Positions 11,347-24,653 of a stretch of 64,000 nucleotides of DNA are shown piece after piece. The notes under the pieces were generated by a model that was not told the origin of the DNA, did not search any database, and saw nothing but the letters and a program-made list of their open reading frames with translations. The stretch is from Paragordius varius (Eukaryota; Animalia; Nematomorpha): assembly GCA_964247055.1 (NCBI GenBank), contig OZ176050.1, positions 434,001 to 498,000 on the forward strand, given 5' to 3'. A program made the position numbers and the translations under genes. Numbering within the stretch: the first letter of the stretch is position 1; each line of letters starts with the position of its first letter.

Positions 11347-14300
11347 ATGGCTACCTAAAATCCAAATTTGATCAGGTGATGTCGCCATAATTTTTTTTGG
11401 GTAGCCCTATGGTAGTTCCATCATCACCCCTAATATTTTGGGGATCGGACTATAAATGTAATTTTTATGAATTTTTTAAATATTTAAAAAATTTATTTTA
11501 TACGATTTTAAAAATAAAAATGGCTACCTAAAATCCAAAAATGATCAGGTGATGTCGCCATAATTTTTTTTGGGTAGCCCTATGGTAGTTCCATCATAAC
11601 CCCAAATATTTTTGAGATCGGACTTTAAATGTAATTTTTATGAATTTTTTAAATATTTAAAAAATTTATTTTTTACGATTTTAAAAATAAAAATGGCTAC
11701 CTAAAATCCAAATTTGATCAGGTGATGTCCCCATAATTTTTTTTGGGTAGCCCTATGGTAGTTCCATCATCACCCCAAATATTGTCGAGATCGGAGTATA
11801 AATGTAATTTTTTTGAATTTTTTAAATATTTAAAAAATTTATTTTATACGATTTTAAAAATAAAAATGGCTACCTAAAATCCAAATTTGATCAGGTGATG
11901 TCGCCATAATTTTTTTTGGGTAGCCCTATGGTAGTTCCATCATCACCCCAAATATTTTCGAGATCGGACTATAAATGTAATTTTTATGAATTTTTTAAAT
12001 ATTTAAAAAATTTATTTTATACGATTTTAAAAATAAAAATGGCTACCTAAAATCCAAATTTGATCAGGTGATGTCCCCATAATTTTTTTAGGGTAGCCCT
12101 ATGGTAGTTCCATCATCACCCCAAATATTGTCGAGATCGGAGTATAAATGTAATTTTTTTGAATTTTTTAAATATTTAAAAAATTTATTTTATACGATTT
12201 TAAAAATAAAAATGGCTACCTAAAATCCAAATTTGATCAGGTGATGTCGCCATAATTTTTTTTGGGTAGCCCTATGGTAGTTCCATCATCACCCCAAATA
12301 TTTTCGAGATCGGACTATAAATGTAATTTTTATGAATTTTTTAAATATTTAAAAAATTTATTTTATACGATTTTAAAAATAAAAATGGCTACCTAAAATC
12401 CAAATTTGATCAGGTGATGTCGACATAATTTTTTTTGCGTAGCCCTATGGTAGTTCCATCATCACCCCTAATATTTTGGGGATCGGACTATAAATGTAAT
12501 TTTTATGAATTTTTTAAATATTTAAAAAATTTATTTTATACGATTTTAAAAATAAAAATGGCTCTCTAAAATCCAAATTTGATCAGGTGATGTCGCCATA
12601 AATTTTTTTTGGGTAGCCCTATGGTAGTTCCATCATCACCCCAAATATTTTCGAGATCGGAGTATTAATGTAATTTTTATGAATTTTTTAAATATTTAAA
12701 AAATTTATTTTATACGATTTTAAAAATAAAAATGGCTACCTAAAATCCAAATTTGATCAGGTGATGTCGCCATAATTTTTTTTGGGTAGCCCTATGGTAG
12801 TTCCATCATCACCCCTAATATTTTGGGGATCGGACTATAAATGTAATTTTTATGAATTTTTTAAATATTTAAAAAATTTATTTTATACGATTTTAAAAAT
12901 AAAAATGGCTACCTAAAATCCATAAATGATCAGGTGATGTCGCCATAATTTTTTTTGGGTAGCCCTATGGTAGTTCCATCATAACCCCAAATATTTTTGA
13001 GATCGGACTTTAAATGTAATTTTTATGAATTTTTTAAATATTTAAAAAATTTATTTTATACGATTTTAAAAATAAAAATGGCTACCTAAAATCCAAATTT
13101 GATCAGGTGATGTCGCCATAATTTTTTTTGGGTAGCCCTATGGTAGTTCCATCATAACCCCAAATATTTTTGAGATCGGACTTTAAATGTAATTTTTATG
13201 AATTTTTTAAATATTTAAAAAATTTATTTTTTACGATTTTAAAAATAAAAATGGCTACCTAAAATCCAAATTTGATCAGGTGATGTCCCCATAATTTTTT
13301 TTGGGTAGCCCTATGGTAGTTCCATCATCACCCCAAATATTGTCGAGATCGGAGTATAAATGTAATTTTTTTGAATTTTTTAAATATTTAAAAAATTTAT
13401 TTTATACGATTTTAAAAATAAAAATGGCTACCTAAAATCCAAATTTGATCAGGTGATGTCGCCATAATTTTTTTTGGGTAGCCCTATGGGAGTTCCATCA
13501 TCACCCCAAATATTTTCGAGATCGGACTATAAATGTAATTTTTATGAATTTTTTAAATATTTAAAAAATTTATTTTATACGATTTTAAAAATAAAAATGG
13601 CTACCTAAAATCCAAATTTGATCAGGTGATGTCCCCATAATTTTTTTTGGGTAGCCCTATGGTAGTTCCATCATCACCCCAAATATTGTCGAGATCGGAG
13701 TATAAATGTAATTTTTTTGAATTTTTTAAATATTTAAAAAATTTATTTTATACGATTTTAAAAATAAAAATGGCTACCTAAAATCCAAATTTGATCAGGT
13801 GATGTCGCCATAATTTTTTTTGGGTAGCCCTATGGTAGTTCCATCATCACCCCAAATATTTTCGAGATCGGACTATAAATGTAATTTTTATGAATTTTTT
13901 AAATATTTAAAAAATTTATTTTATACGATTTTAAAAATAAAAATGGCTACCTAAAATCCAAATTTGATCAGGTGATGTCGCCATAAATTTTTTTTGGGTA
14001 GCCCTATGGTAGTTCCATCATCACCCCAAATATTTTCGAGATCGGAGTATTAATGTAATTTTTATGAATTTTTTAAATATTTAAAAAATTTATTTTATAC
14101 GATTTTAAAAATAAAAATGGCTACCTAAAATCCAAATTTGATCAGGTGATGTCGCCATAATTTTTTTTGGGTAGCCCTATGGTAGTTCCATCATCACCCC
14201 TAATATTTTGGGGATCGGACTATAAATGTAATTTTTATGAATTTTTTAAATATTTAAAAAATTTATTTTATACGATTTTAAAAATAAAAATGGCTACCTA

Positions 14301-15674
14301 AAATCCAAAAATGATCAGGTGATGTCGCCATAATTTTTTTTGGGTAGCCCTATGGTAGTTCCATCATAACCCCAAATATTTTTGAGATCGGACTTTAAAT
14401 GTAATTTTTATGAATTTTTTAAATATTTAAAAAATTTATTTTATACGATTTTAAAAATAAAAATGGCTACCTAAAATCCAAATTTGATCAGGTGATGTCG
14501 CCATAATTTTTTTTGGGTAGCCCTATGGTAGTTCCATCATAACCCCAAATATTTTTGAGATCGGACTTTAAATGTAATTTTTATGAATTTTTTAAATATT
14601 TAAAAAATTTATTTTTTACGATTTTAAAAATAAAAATGGCTACCTAAAATCCAAATTTGATCAGGTGATGTCCCCATAATTTTTTTTGGGTAGCCCTATG
14701 GTAGTTCCATCATCACCCCAAATATTGTCGAGATCGGAGTATAAATGTAATTTTTTTGAATTTTTTAAATATTTAAAAAATTTATTTTATACGATTTTAA
14801 AAATAAAAATGGCTACCTAAAATCCAAATTTGATCAGGTGATGTCGCCATAATTTTTTTTGGGTAGCCCTATGGTAGTTCCATCATCACCCCAAATATTT
14901 TCGAGATCGGACTATAAATGTAATTTTTATGAATTTTTTAAATATTTAAAAAATTTATTTTATACGATTTTAAAAATAAAAATGGCTACCTAAAATCCAA
15001 ATTTGATCAGGTGATGTCCCCATAATTTTTTTTGGGTAGCCCTATGGTAGTTCCATCATCACCCCAAATATTGTCGAGATCGGAGTATAAATGTAATTTT
15101 TTTGAATTTTTTAAATATTTAAAAAATTTATTTTATACGATTTTAAAAATAAAAATGGCTACCTAAAATCCAAATTTGATCAGGTGATGTCGCCATAATT
15201 TTTTTTGGGTAGCCCTATGGTAGTTCCATCATCACCCCAAATATTTTCGAGATCGGACTATAAATGTAATTTTTATGAATTTTTTAAATATTTAAAAAAT
15301 TTATTTTATACGATTTTAAAAATAAAAATGGCTACCTAAAATCCAAATTTGATCAGGTGATGTCGACATAATTTTTTTTGCGTAGCCCTATGGTAGTTCC
15401 ATCATCACCCCTAATATTTTGGGGATCGGACTATAAATGTAATTTTTATGAATTTTTTAAATATTTAAAAAATTTATTTTATACGATTTTAAAAATAAAA
15501 ATGGCTCCCTAAAATCCAAATTTGATCAGGTGATGTCGCCATAAATTTTTTTTGGGTAGCCCTATGGTAGTTCCATCATCACGCCAAATATTTTCGAGAT
15601 CGGAGTATTAATGTAATTTTTATGAATTTATTAAATATTTAAAAAATTTATTTTATACGATTTTAAAAATAAAA
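11347..15674. repeat. Three imperfect copies of an 8-9-mer, each with a nested dimer duplication
   Basis: Units start at 11347, 12732 and 14117. Each has a CCCTAAT monomer, an AAATGATC/CATAACC monomer, then (GTCCCC-TTGTCGAG + GTCGCC-TTCGAG-GGAC) twice, and ends in a 174-bp TATTAATG monomer. Confidence 0.8.
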
Positions 15675-18600
15675 ATGGCTACCTAAAATCCAAATTTGAT
15701 CAGGTGATGTCACCATAATTTTTTTTGGGTAGCCCTATGGTAGTTCCATCATCACCCCAAATATTTTCGAGATCGGAGTATAAATGTAATTTTTATGAAT
15801 TTTTTAAATATTTAAAAAATTTATTTTATACGATTTTAAAAATAAAAATGGCTACCTAAAATCCAAATTTGATCAGGTGATGTCGCCATAATTTTTTTTG
15901 AGTAGCTCTATGGTAGTTCCATCATCACCCCGAATACTTTGGGGATCGGACTATAAATGTAATTTTTATGAATTTTTTAAATATTTAAAAAATTTATTTT
16001 ATACGATTTTAAAAATAAAAATGGCTACCTAAAATCCAAATTTGATCAGGTGATGTCGCCATAATTTTTTTGGGTAGCTCTATAGTAGTTCCATCATCAC
16101 CCCAAATATTTTTGAGATCGAAGTATAAATGTAATTTTTATGAATTTTTTAAATATTTAAAAAATTTATTTTATACGATTTTAAAAATAAAAATGCCTAC
16201 CTAAAATCCAAATTTGATCAGGTGATGTCGCCATAATTTTTTTTGGGTAGCCCTATCGTAGTTCCATCATCACCCCGAATACTTTGGGGATCGGACTATA
16301 AATGTTATTTTTATGAATTTTTTAAATATTTAAAAAATTTATTTTATACGATTTTAAAAATAAAAATGGCTACCTAAAATCCAAATTTGATCAGGTGATG
16401 TCGCCATAATTTTTTTTGGGTAGCCCTATGGTAGTTCCATCATCACCCCTAATATTTTGGGGATCGGACTATAAATGTAATTTTTATGAATTTTTTAAAT
16501 ATTTAAAAAATTTATTTTATACGATTTTAAAAATAAAAATGGCTACCTAAAATCCAAAAATGATCAGGTGATGTCGCCATAATTTTTTTTGGGTAGCCCT
16601 ATGGCAGTTCCATCATAACCCCAAATATTTTTGAGATCGGACTTTAAATGTAATTTTTATGAATTTTTTAAATATTTAAAAAATTTATTTTATACGATTT
16701 TAAAAATAAAAATGGCTACCTAAAATCCAAATTTGATCAGGTGATGTCGCCATAATTTTTTTTGGGTAGCCCTATGGTAGTTCCATCATAACCCCAAATA
16801 TTTTTGAGATCGGACTTTAAATGTAATTTTTATGAATTTTTTAAATATTTAAAAAATTTATTTTATACGATTTTAAAAATAAAAATGGCTACCTAAAATC
16901 CAAATTTGATCAGGTGATGTCGCCATAATTTTTTTTGGGTAGCCCTATAGTAGTTCCATCATCACCCCAAATATTTTTGAGATCGGAGTATAAATGTAAT
17001 TTTTATGAATTTTTTAAATATTTAAAAAATTTATTTTATACGATTTTAAAAATAAAAATGGCTACCTAAAATCCAAATTTGATCAGGTGATGTCGCCATA
17101 ATTTTTTTTGGGTAGCCCTATAGTAGTTCCATCATCACCCCAAATATTTTCGAGATCGGAGTATAAATGTAATTTTTATGAATTTTTTAAATATTTAAAA
17201 AATTTATTTTATACGATTTTAAAAATAAAAATGGCTCCCTAAAATCCAAATTTGATCAGGTGATGTCGCCATAATTTTTTTGGGTAGCTCTATAGTAGTT
17301 CCATCATCACCCCAAATATTTTTGAGATCGAAGTATAAATGTAATTTTTATGAATTTTTTAAATATTTAAAAAATTTATTTTATACGATTTTAAAAATAA
17401 AAATGGCTACCTAAAATCCAAATTTGATCAGGTGATGTCGCCATAATTTTTTTTGGGTAGCCCTATAGTAGTTCCATCATCACCCCAAATATTTTTGAGA
17501 TCGGAGTATAAATGTAATTTTTATGAATTTTTTAAATATTTAAAAAATTTATTTTATACGATTTTAAAAATAAAAATGGCTACCTAAAATCCAAATTTGA
17601 TCAGGTGATGTCGCCATAATTTTTTTTGGGTAGTCCTATGGTAGTTCCATCATCACCCCAAATATTTTGGGGATCGGACTATAAATGTAATTTTTATGAA
17701 TTTTTTAAATATTTAAAAAATTTATTTTATACGATTTTAAAAATAAAAATGGCTACCTAAAATCCAAATTTGATCAGGTGATGTCGCCATAATTTTTTTT
17801 GAGTAGCTCTATGGTAGTTCCATCATCACCCCGAATACTTTGGGGATCGGACTATAAATGTAATTTTTATGAATTTTTTAAATATTTAAAAAATTTATTT
17901 TATACGATTTTAAAAATAAAAATGGCTACCTAAAATCCAAATTTGATCAGGTGATGTCGCCATAATTTTTTTGGGTAGCTCTATAGTAGTTCCATCATCA
18001 CCCCAAATATTTTTGAGATCGAAGTATAAATGTAATTTTTATGAATTTTTTAAATATTTAAAAAATTTATTTTATACGATTTTAAAAATAAAAATGCCTA
18101 CCTAAAATCCAAATTTGATCAGGTGATGTCGCCATAATTTTTTTTGGGTAGCCCTATCGTAGTTCCATCATCACCCCGAATACTTTGGGGATCGGACTAT
18201 AAATGTAATTTTTATGAATTTTTTAAATATTTAAAAAATTTATTTTATACGATTTTAAAAATAAAAATGGCTACCTAAAATCCAAATTTGATCAGGTGAT
18301 GTCGCCATAATTTTTTTTGGGTAGCCCTATGGTAGTTCCATCATCACCCCTAATATTTTGGGGATCGGACTATAAATGTAATTTTTATGAATTTTTTAAA
18401 TATTTAAAAAATTTATTTTATACGATTTTAAAAATAAAAATGGCTACCTAAAATCCAAAAATGATCAGGTGATGTCGCCATAATTTTTTTTGGGTAGCCC
18501 TATGGTAGTTCCATCATAACCCCAAATATTTTTGAGATCGGACTTTAAATGTAATTTTTATGAATTTTTTAAATATTTAAAAAATTTATTTTATACGATT

Positions 18601-21600
18601 TTAAAAATAAAAATGGCTACCTAAAATCCAAATTTGATCAGGTGATGTCGCCATAATTTTTTTTGGGTAGCCCTATGGTAGTTCCATCATCACCCCAAAT
18701 ATTTTCGAGATCGGACTATAAATGTAATTTTTATGAATTTTTTAAATATTTAAAAAATTTATTTTATACGATTTTAAAAATAAAAATGGCTACCTAAAAT
18801 CCAAATTTGATCAGGTGATGTCCCCATAATTTTTTTTGGGTAGCCCTATGGTAGTTCCATCATCACCCCAAATATTGTCGAGATCGGAGTATAAATGTAA
18901 TTTTTTTGAATTTTTTAAATATTTAAAAAATTTATTTTATACGATTTTAAAAATAAAAATGGCTACCTAAAATCCAAATTTGATCAGGTGATGTCGCCAT
19001 AATTTTTTTTGGGTAGCCCTATGGTAGTTCCATCATCACCCCAAATATTTTCGAGATCGGACTATGAATGTAATTTTTATGAATTTTTTAAATATTTAAA
19101 AAATTTATTTTATACGATTTTAAAAATAAAAATGGCTACCTAAAATCCAAATTTGATCAGGTGATGTCGACATAATTTTTTTTGCGTAGCCCTATGGTAG
19201 TTCCATCATCACCCCTAATATTTTGGGGATCGGACTATAAATGTAATTTTTATGAATTTTTTAAATATTTAAAAAATTTATTTTATACGATTTTAAAAAT
19301 AAAAATGCCTACCTAAAATCCAAATTTGATCAGGTGATGTCGCCATAATTTTTTTTGGGTAGCCCTATCGTAGTTCCATCATCACCCCGAATACTTTGGG
19401 GATCGGACTATAAATGTTATTTTTATGAATTTTTTAAATATTTAAAAAATTTATTTTATATTTTAAAAATAAAAATGGCTACCTAAAATCCAAATTTGAT
19501 CAGGTGATGTCGCCATAATTTTTTTTGGGTAGCCCTATGGTAGTTCCATCATCACCCCTAATATTTTGGGGATCGGACTATAAATGTAATTTTTATGAAT
19601 TTTTTAAATATTTAAAAAATTTATTTTATACGATTTTAAAAATAAAAATGGCTACCTAAAATCCAAAAATGATCAGGTGATGTCGCCATAATTTTTTTTG
19701 GGTAGCCCTATGGCAGTTCCATCATAACCCCAAATATTTTTGAGATCGGACTTTAAATGTAATTTTTATGATTTTTTTAAATATTTAAAAAATTTATTTT
19801 ATACGATTTTAAAAATAAAAATGGCTACCTAAAATCCAAATTTGATCAGGTGATGTCGCCATAATTTTTTTTGGGTAGCCCTATGGTAGTTCCATCATAA
19901 CCCCAAATATTTTTGAGATCCGACTTTAAATGTAATTTTTATGAATTTTTTAAATATTTAAAAAATTTATTTTATATGATTTTAAAAATAAAAATGGCTA
20001 CCTAAAATCCAAATTTGATCAGGTGATGTCGCCATAATTTTTTTTGGGTAGCCCTATAGTAGTTCCATCATCACCCCAAATATTTTTGAGATCGGAGTAT
20101 AAATGTAATTTTTATGAATTTTTTAAATATTTAAAAAATTTATTTTATACGATTTTAAAAATAAAAATGGCTACCTAAAATCCAAATTTGATCAGGTGAT
20201 GTCACCATAATTTTTTTTGGGTAGCCCTATGGTAGTTCCATCATCACCCCAAATATTTTCGAGATCGGAGTATAAATGTAATTTTTATGAATTTTTTAAA
20301 TATTTAAAAAATTTATTTTATACGATTTTAAAAATAAAAATGGCTACCTAAAATCCAAATTTGATCAGGTGATGTCGCCATAATTTTTTTTGAGTAGCTC
20401 TATGGTAGTTCCATCATCACCCCGAATACTTTGGGGATCGGACTATAAATGTAATTTTTATGAATTTTTTAAATATTTAAAAAATTTATTTTATACGATT
20501 TTAAAAATAAAAATGGCTACCTAAAATCCAAATTTGATCAGGTGATGTCGCCATAATTTTTTTGGGTAGCTCTATAGTAGTTCCATCATCACCCCAAATA
20601 TTTTTGAGATCGAAGTATAAATGTAATTTTTATGAATTTTTTAAATATTTAAAAAATTTATTTTATACGATTTTAAAAATAAAAATGCCTACCTAAAATC
20701 CAAATTTGATCAGGTGATGTCGCCATAATTTTTTTTGGGTAGCCCTATCGTAGTTCCATCATCACCCCGAATACTTTGGGGATCGGACTATAAATGTTAT
20801 TTTTATGAATTTTTTAAATATTTAAAAAATTTATTTTATACGATTTTAAAAATAAAAATGGCTACCTAAAATCCAAATTTGATCAGGTGATGTCGCCATA
20901 ATTTTTTTTGGGTAGCCCTATGGTAGTTCCATCATCACCCCTAATATTTTGGGGATCGGACTATAAATGTAATTTTTATGAATTTTTTAAATATTTAAAA
21001 AATTTATTTTATACGATTTTAAAAATAAAAATGGCTACCTAAAATCCAAAAATGATCAGGTGATGTCGCCATAATTTTTTTTGGGTAGCCCTATGGCAGT
21101 TCCATCATAACCCCAAATATTTTTGAGATCGGACTTTAAATGTAATTTTTATGAATTTTTTAAATATTTAAAAAATTTATTTTATACGATTTTAAAAATA
21201 AAAATGGCTACCTAAAATCCAAATTTGATCAGGTGATGTCGCCATAATTTTTTTTGGGTAGCCCTATGGTAGTTCCATCATAACCCCAAATATTTTTGAG
21301 ATCGGACTTTAAATGTAATTTTTATGAATTTTTTAAATATTTAAAAAATTTATTTTATACGATTTTAAAAATAAAAATGGCTACCTAAAATCCAAATTTG
21401 ATCAGGTGATGTCGCCATAATTTTTTTTGGGTAGCCCTATAGTAGTTCCATCATCACCCCAAATATTTTTGAGATCGGAGTATAAATGTAATTTTTATGA
21501 ATTTTTTAAATATTTAAAAAATTTATTTTATACGATTTTAAAAATAAAAATGGCTACCTAAAATCCAAATTTGATCAGGTGATGTCGCCATAATTTTTTT

Positions 21601-24600
21601 TGGGTAGCCCTATAGTAGTTCCATCATCACCCCAAATATTTTCGAGATCGGAGTATAAATGTAATTTTTATGAATTTTTTAAATATTTAAAAAATTTATT
21701 TTATACGATTTTAAAAATAAAAATGGCTCCCTAAAATCCAAATTTGATCAGGTGATGTCGCCATAATTTTTTTGGGTAGCTCTATAGTAGTTCCATCATC
21801 ACCCCAAATATTTTTGAGATCGAAGTATAAATGTAATTTTTATGAATTTTTTAAATATTTAAAAAATTTATTTTATACGATTTTAAAAATAAAAATGGCT
21901 ACCTAAAATCCAAATTTGATCAGGTGATGTCGCCATAATTTTTTTTGGGTAGCCCTATAGTAGTTCCATCATCACCCCAAATATTTTTGAGATCGGAGTA
22001 TAAATGTAATTTTTATGAATTTTTTAAATATTTAAAAAATTTATTTTATACGATTTTAAAAATAAAAATGGCTACCTAAAATCCAAATTTGATCAGGTGA
22101 TGTCGCCATAATTTTTTTTGGGTAGTCCTATGGTAGTTCCATCATCACCCCAAATATTTTGGGGATCGGACTATAAATGTAATTTTTATGAATTTTTTAA
22201 ATATTTAAAAAATTTATTTTATACGATTTTAAAAATAAAAATGGCTACCTAAAATCCAAATTTGATCAGGTGATGTCGCCATAATTTTTTTTGAGTAGCT
22301 CTATGGTAGTTCCATCATCACCCCGAATACTTTGGGGATCGGACTATAAATGTAATTTTTATGAATTTTTTAAATATTTAAAAAATTTATTTTATACGAT
22401 TTTAAAAATAAAAATGGCTACCTAAAATCCAAATTTGATCAGGTGATGTCGCCATAATTTTTTTGGGTAGCTCTATAGTAGTTCCATCATCACCCCAAAT
22501 ATTTTTGAGATCGAAGTATAAATGTAATTTTTATGAATTTTTTAAATATTTAAAAAATTTATTTTATACGATTTTAAAAATAAAAATGCCTACCTAAAAT
22601 CCAAATTTGATCAGGTGATGTCGCCATAATTTTTTTTGGGTAGCCCTATCGTAGTTCCATCATCACCCCGAATACTTTGGGGATCGGACTATAAATGTAA
22701 TTTTTATGAATTTTTTAAATATTTAAAAAATTTATTTTATACGATTTTAAAAATAAAAATGGCTACCTAAAATCCAAATTTGATCAGGTGATGTCGCCAT
22801 AATTTTTTTTGGGTAGCCCTATGGTAGTTCCATCATCACCCCTAATATTTTGGGGATCGGACTATAAATGTAATTTTTATGAATTTTTTAAATATTTAAA
22901 AAATTTATTTTATACGATTTTAAAAATAAAAATGGCTACCTAAAATCCAAAAATGATCAGGTGATGTCGCCATAATTTTTTTTGGGTAGCCCTATGGTAG
23001 TTCCATCATAACCCCAAATATTTTTGAGATCGGACTTTAAATGTAATTTTTATGAATTTTTTAAATATTTAATTATTTTATACGATTTTAAAAATAAAAA
23101 TGGCTACCTAAAATCCAAATTTGATCAGGTGATGTCGCCATAATTTTTTTTGGGTAGCCCTATGGTAGTTCCATCATCACCCCAAATATTTTCGAGATCG
23201 GACTATAAATGTAATTTTTATGAATTTTTTAAATATTTAAAAAATTTATTTTATACGATTTTAAAAATAAAAATGGCTACCTAAAATCCAAATTTGATCA
23301 GGTGATGTCCCCATAATTTTTTTTGGGTAGCCCTATGGTAGTTCCATCATCACCCCAAATATTGTCGAGATCGGAGTATAAATGTAATTTTTTTGAATTT
23401 TTTAAATATTTAAAAAATTTATTTTATACGATTTTAAAAATAAAAATGGCTACCTAAAATCCAAATTTGATCAGGTGATGTCGCCATAATTTTTTTTGGG
23501 TAGCCCTATGGTAGTTCCATCATCACCCCAAATATTTTCGAGATCGGACTATGAATGTAATTTTTATGAATTTTTTAAATATTTAAAAAATTTATTTTAT
23601 ACGATTTTAAAAATAAAAATGGCTACCTAAAATCCAAATTTGATCAGGTGATGTCGACATAATTTTTTTTGCGTAGCCCTATGGTAGTTCCATCATCACC
23701 CCTAATATTTTGGGGATCGGACTATAAATGTAATTTTTATGAATTTTTTAAATATTTAAAAAATTTATTTTATACGATTTTAAAAATAAAAATGCCTACC
23801 TAAAATCCAAATTTGATCAGGTGATGTCGCCATAATTTTTTTTGGGTAGCCCTATCGTAGTTCCATCATCACCCCGAATACTTTGGGGATCGGACTATAA
23901 ATGTTATTTTTATGAATTTTTTAAATATTTAAAAAATTTATTTTATATTTTAAAAATAAAAATGGCTACCTAAAATCCAAATTTGATCAGGTGATGTCGC
24001 CATAATTTTTTTTGGGTAGCCCTATGGTAGTTCCATCATCACCCCTAATATTTTGGGGATCGGACTATAAATGTAATTTTTATGAATTTTTTAAATATTT
24101 AAAAAATTTATTTTATACGATTTTAAAAATAAAAATGGCTACCTAAAATCCAAAAATGATCAGGTGATGTCGCCATAATTTTTTTTGGGTAGCCCTATGG
24201 CAGTTCCATCATAACCCCAAATATTTTTGAGATCGGACTTTAAATGTAATTTTTATGAATTTTTTAAATATTTAAAAAATTTATTTTATACGATTTTAAA
24301 AATAAAAATGGCTACCTAAAATCCAAATTTGATCAGGTGATGTCGCCATAATTTTTTTTGGGTAGCCCTATGGTAGTTCCATCATAACCCCAAATATTTT
24401 TGAGATCCGACTTTAAATGTAATTTTTATGAATTTTTTAAATATTTAAAAAATTTATTTTATATGATTTTAAAAATAAAAATGGCTACCTAAAATCCAAA
24501 TTTGATCAGGTGATGTCGCCATAATTTTTTTTGGGTAGCCCTATAGTAGTTCCATCATCACCCCAAATATTTTTGAGATCGGAGTATAAATGTAATTTTT

Positions 24601-24653
24601 ATGAATTTTTTAAATATTTAAAAAATTTATTTTATACGATTTTAAAAATAAAA
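15675..24653. repeat. 26-monomer tandem segmental duplication (15675-20166, 4492 bp; 20167-24653, 4487 bp)
   Basis: Collinear rare markers: GGCAGTT, CTATGAATG, GTCGAC, 3-bp CGA deletion (monomers 19305/23792), GATCCGAC+ATATGAT (19821/24308). Copy 2 has a private 5-bp deletion (monomer 22932). Confidence 0.85.
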
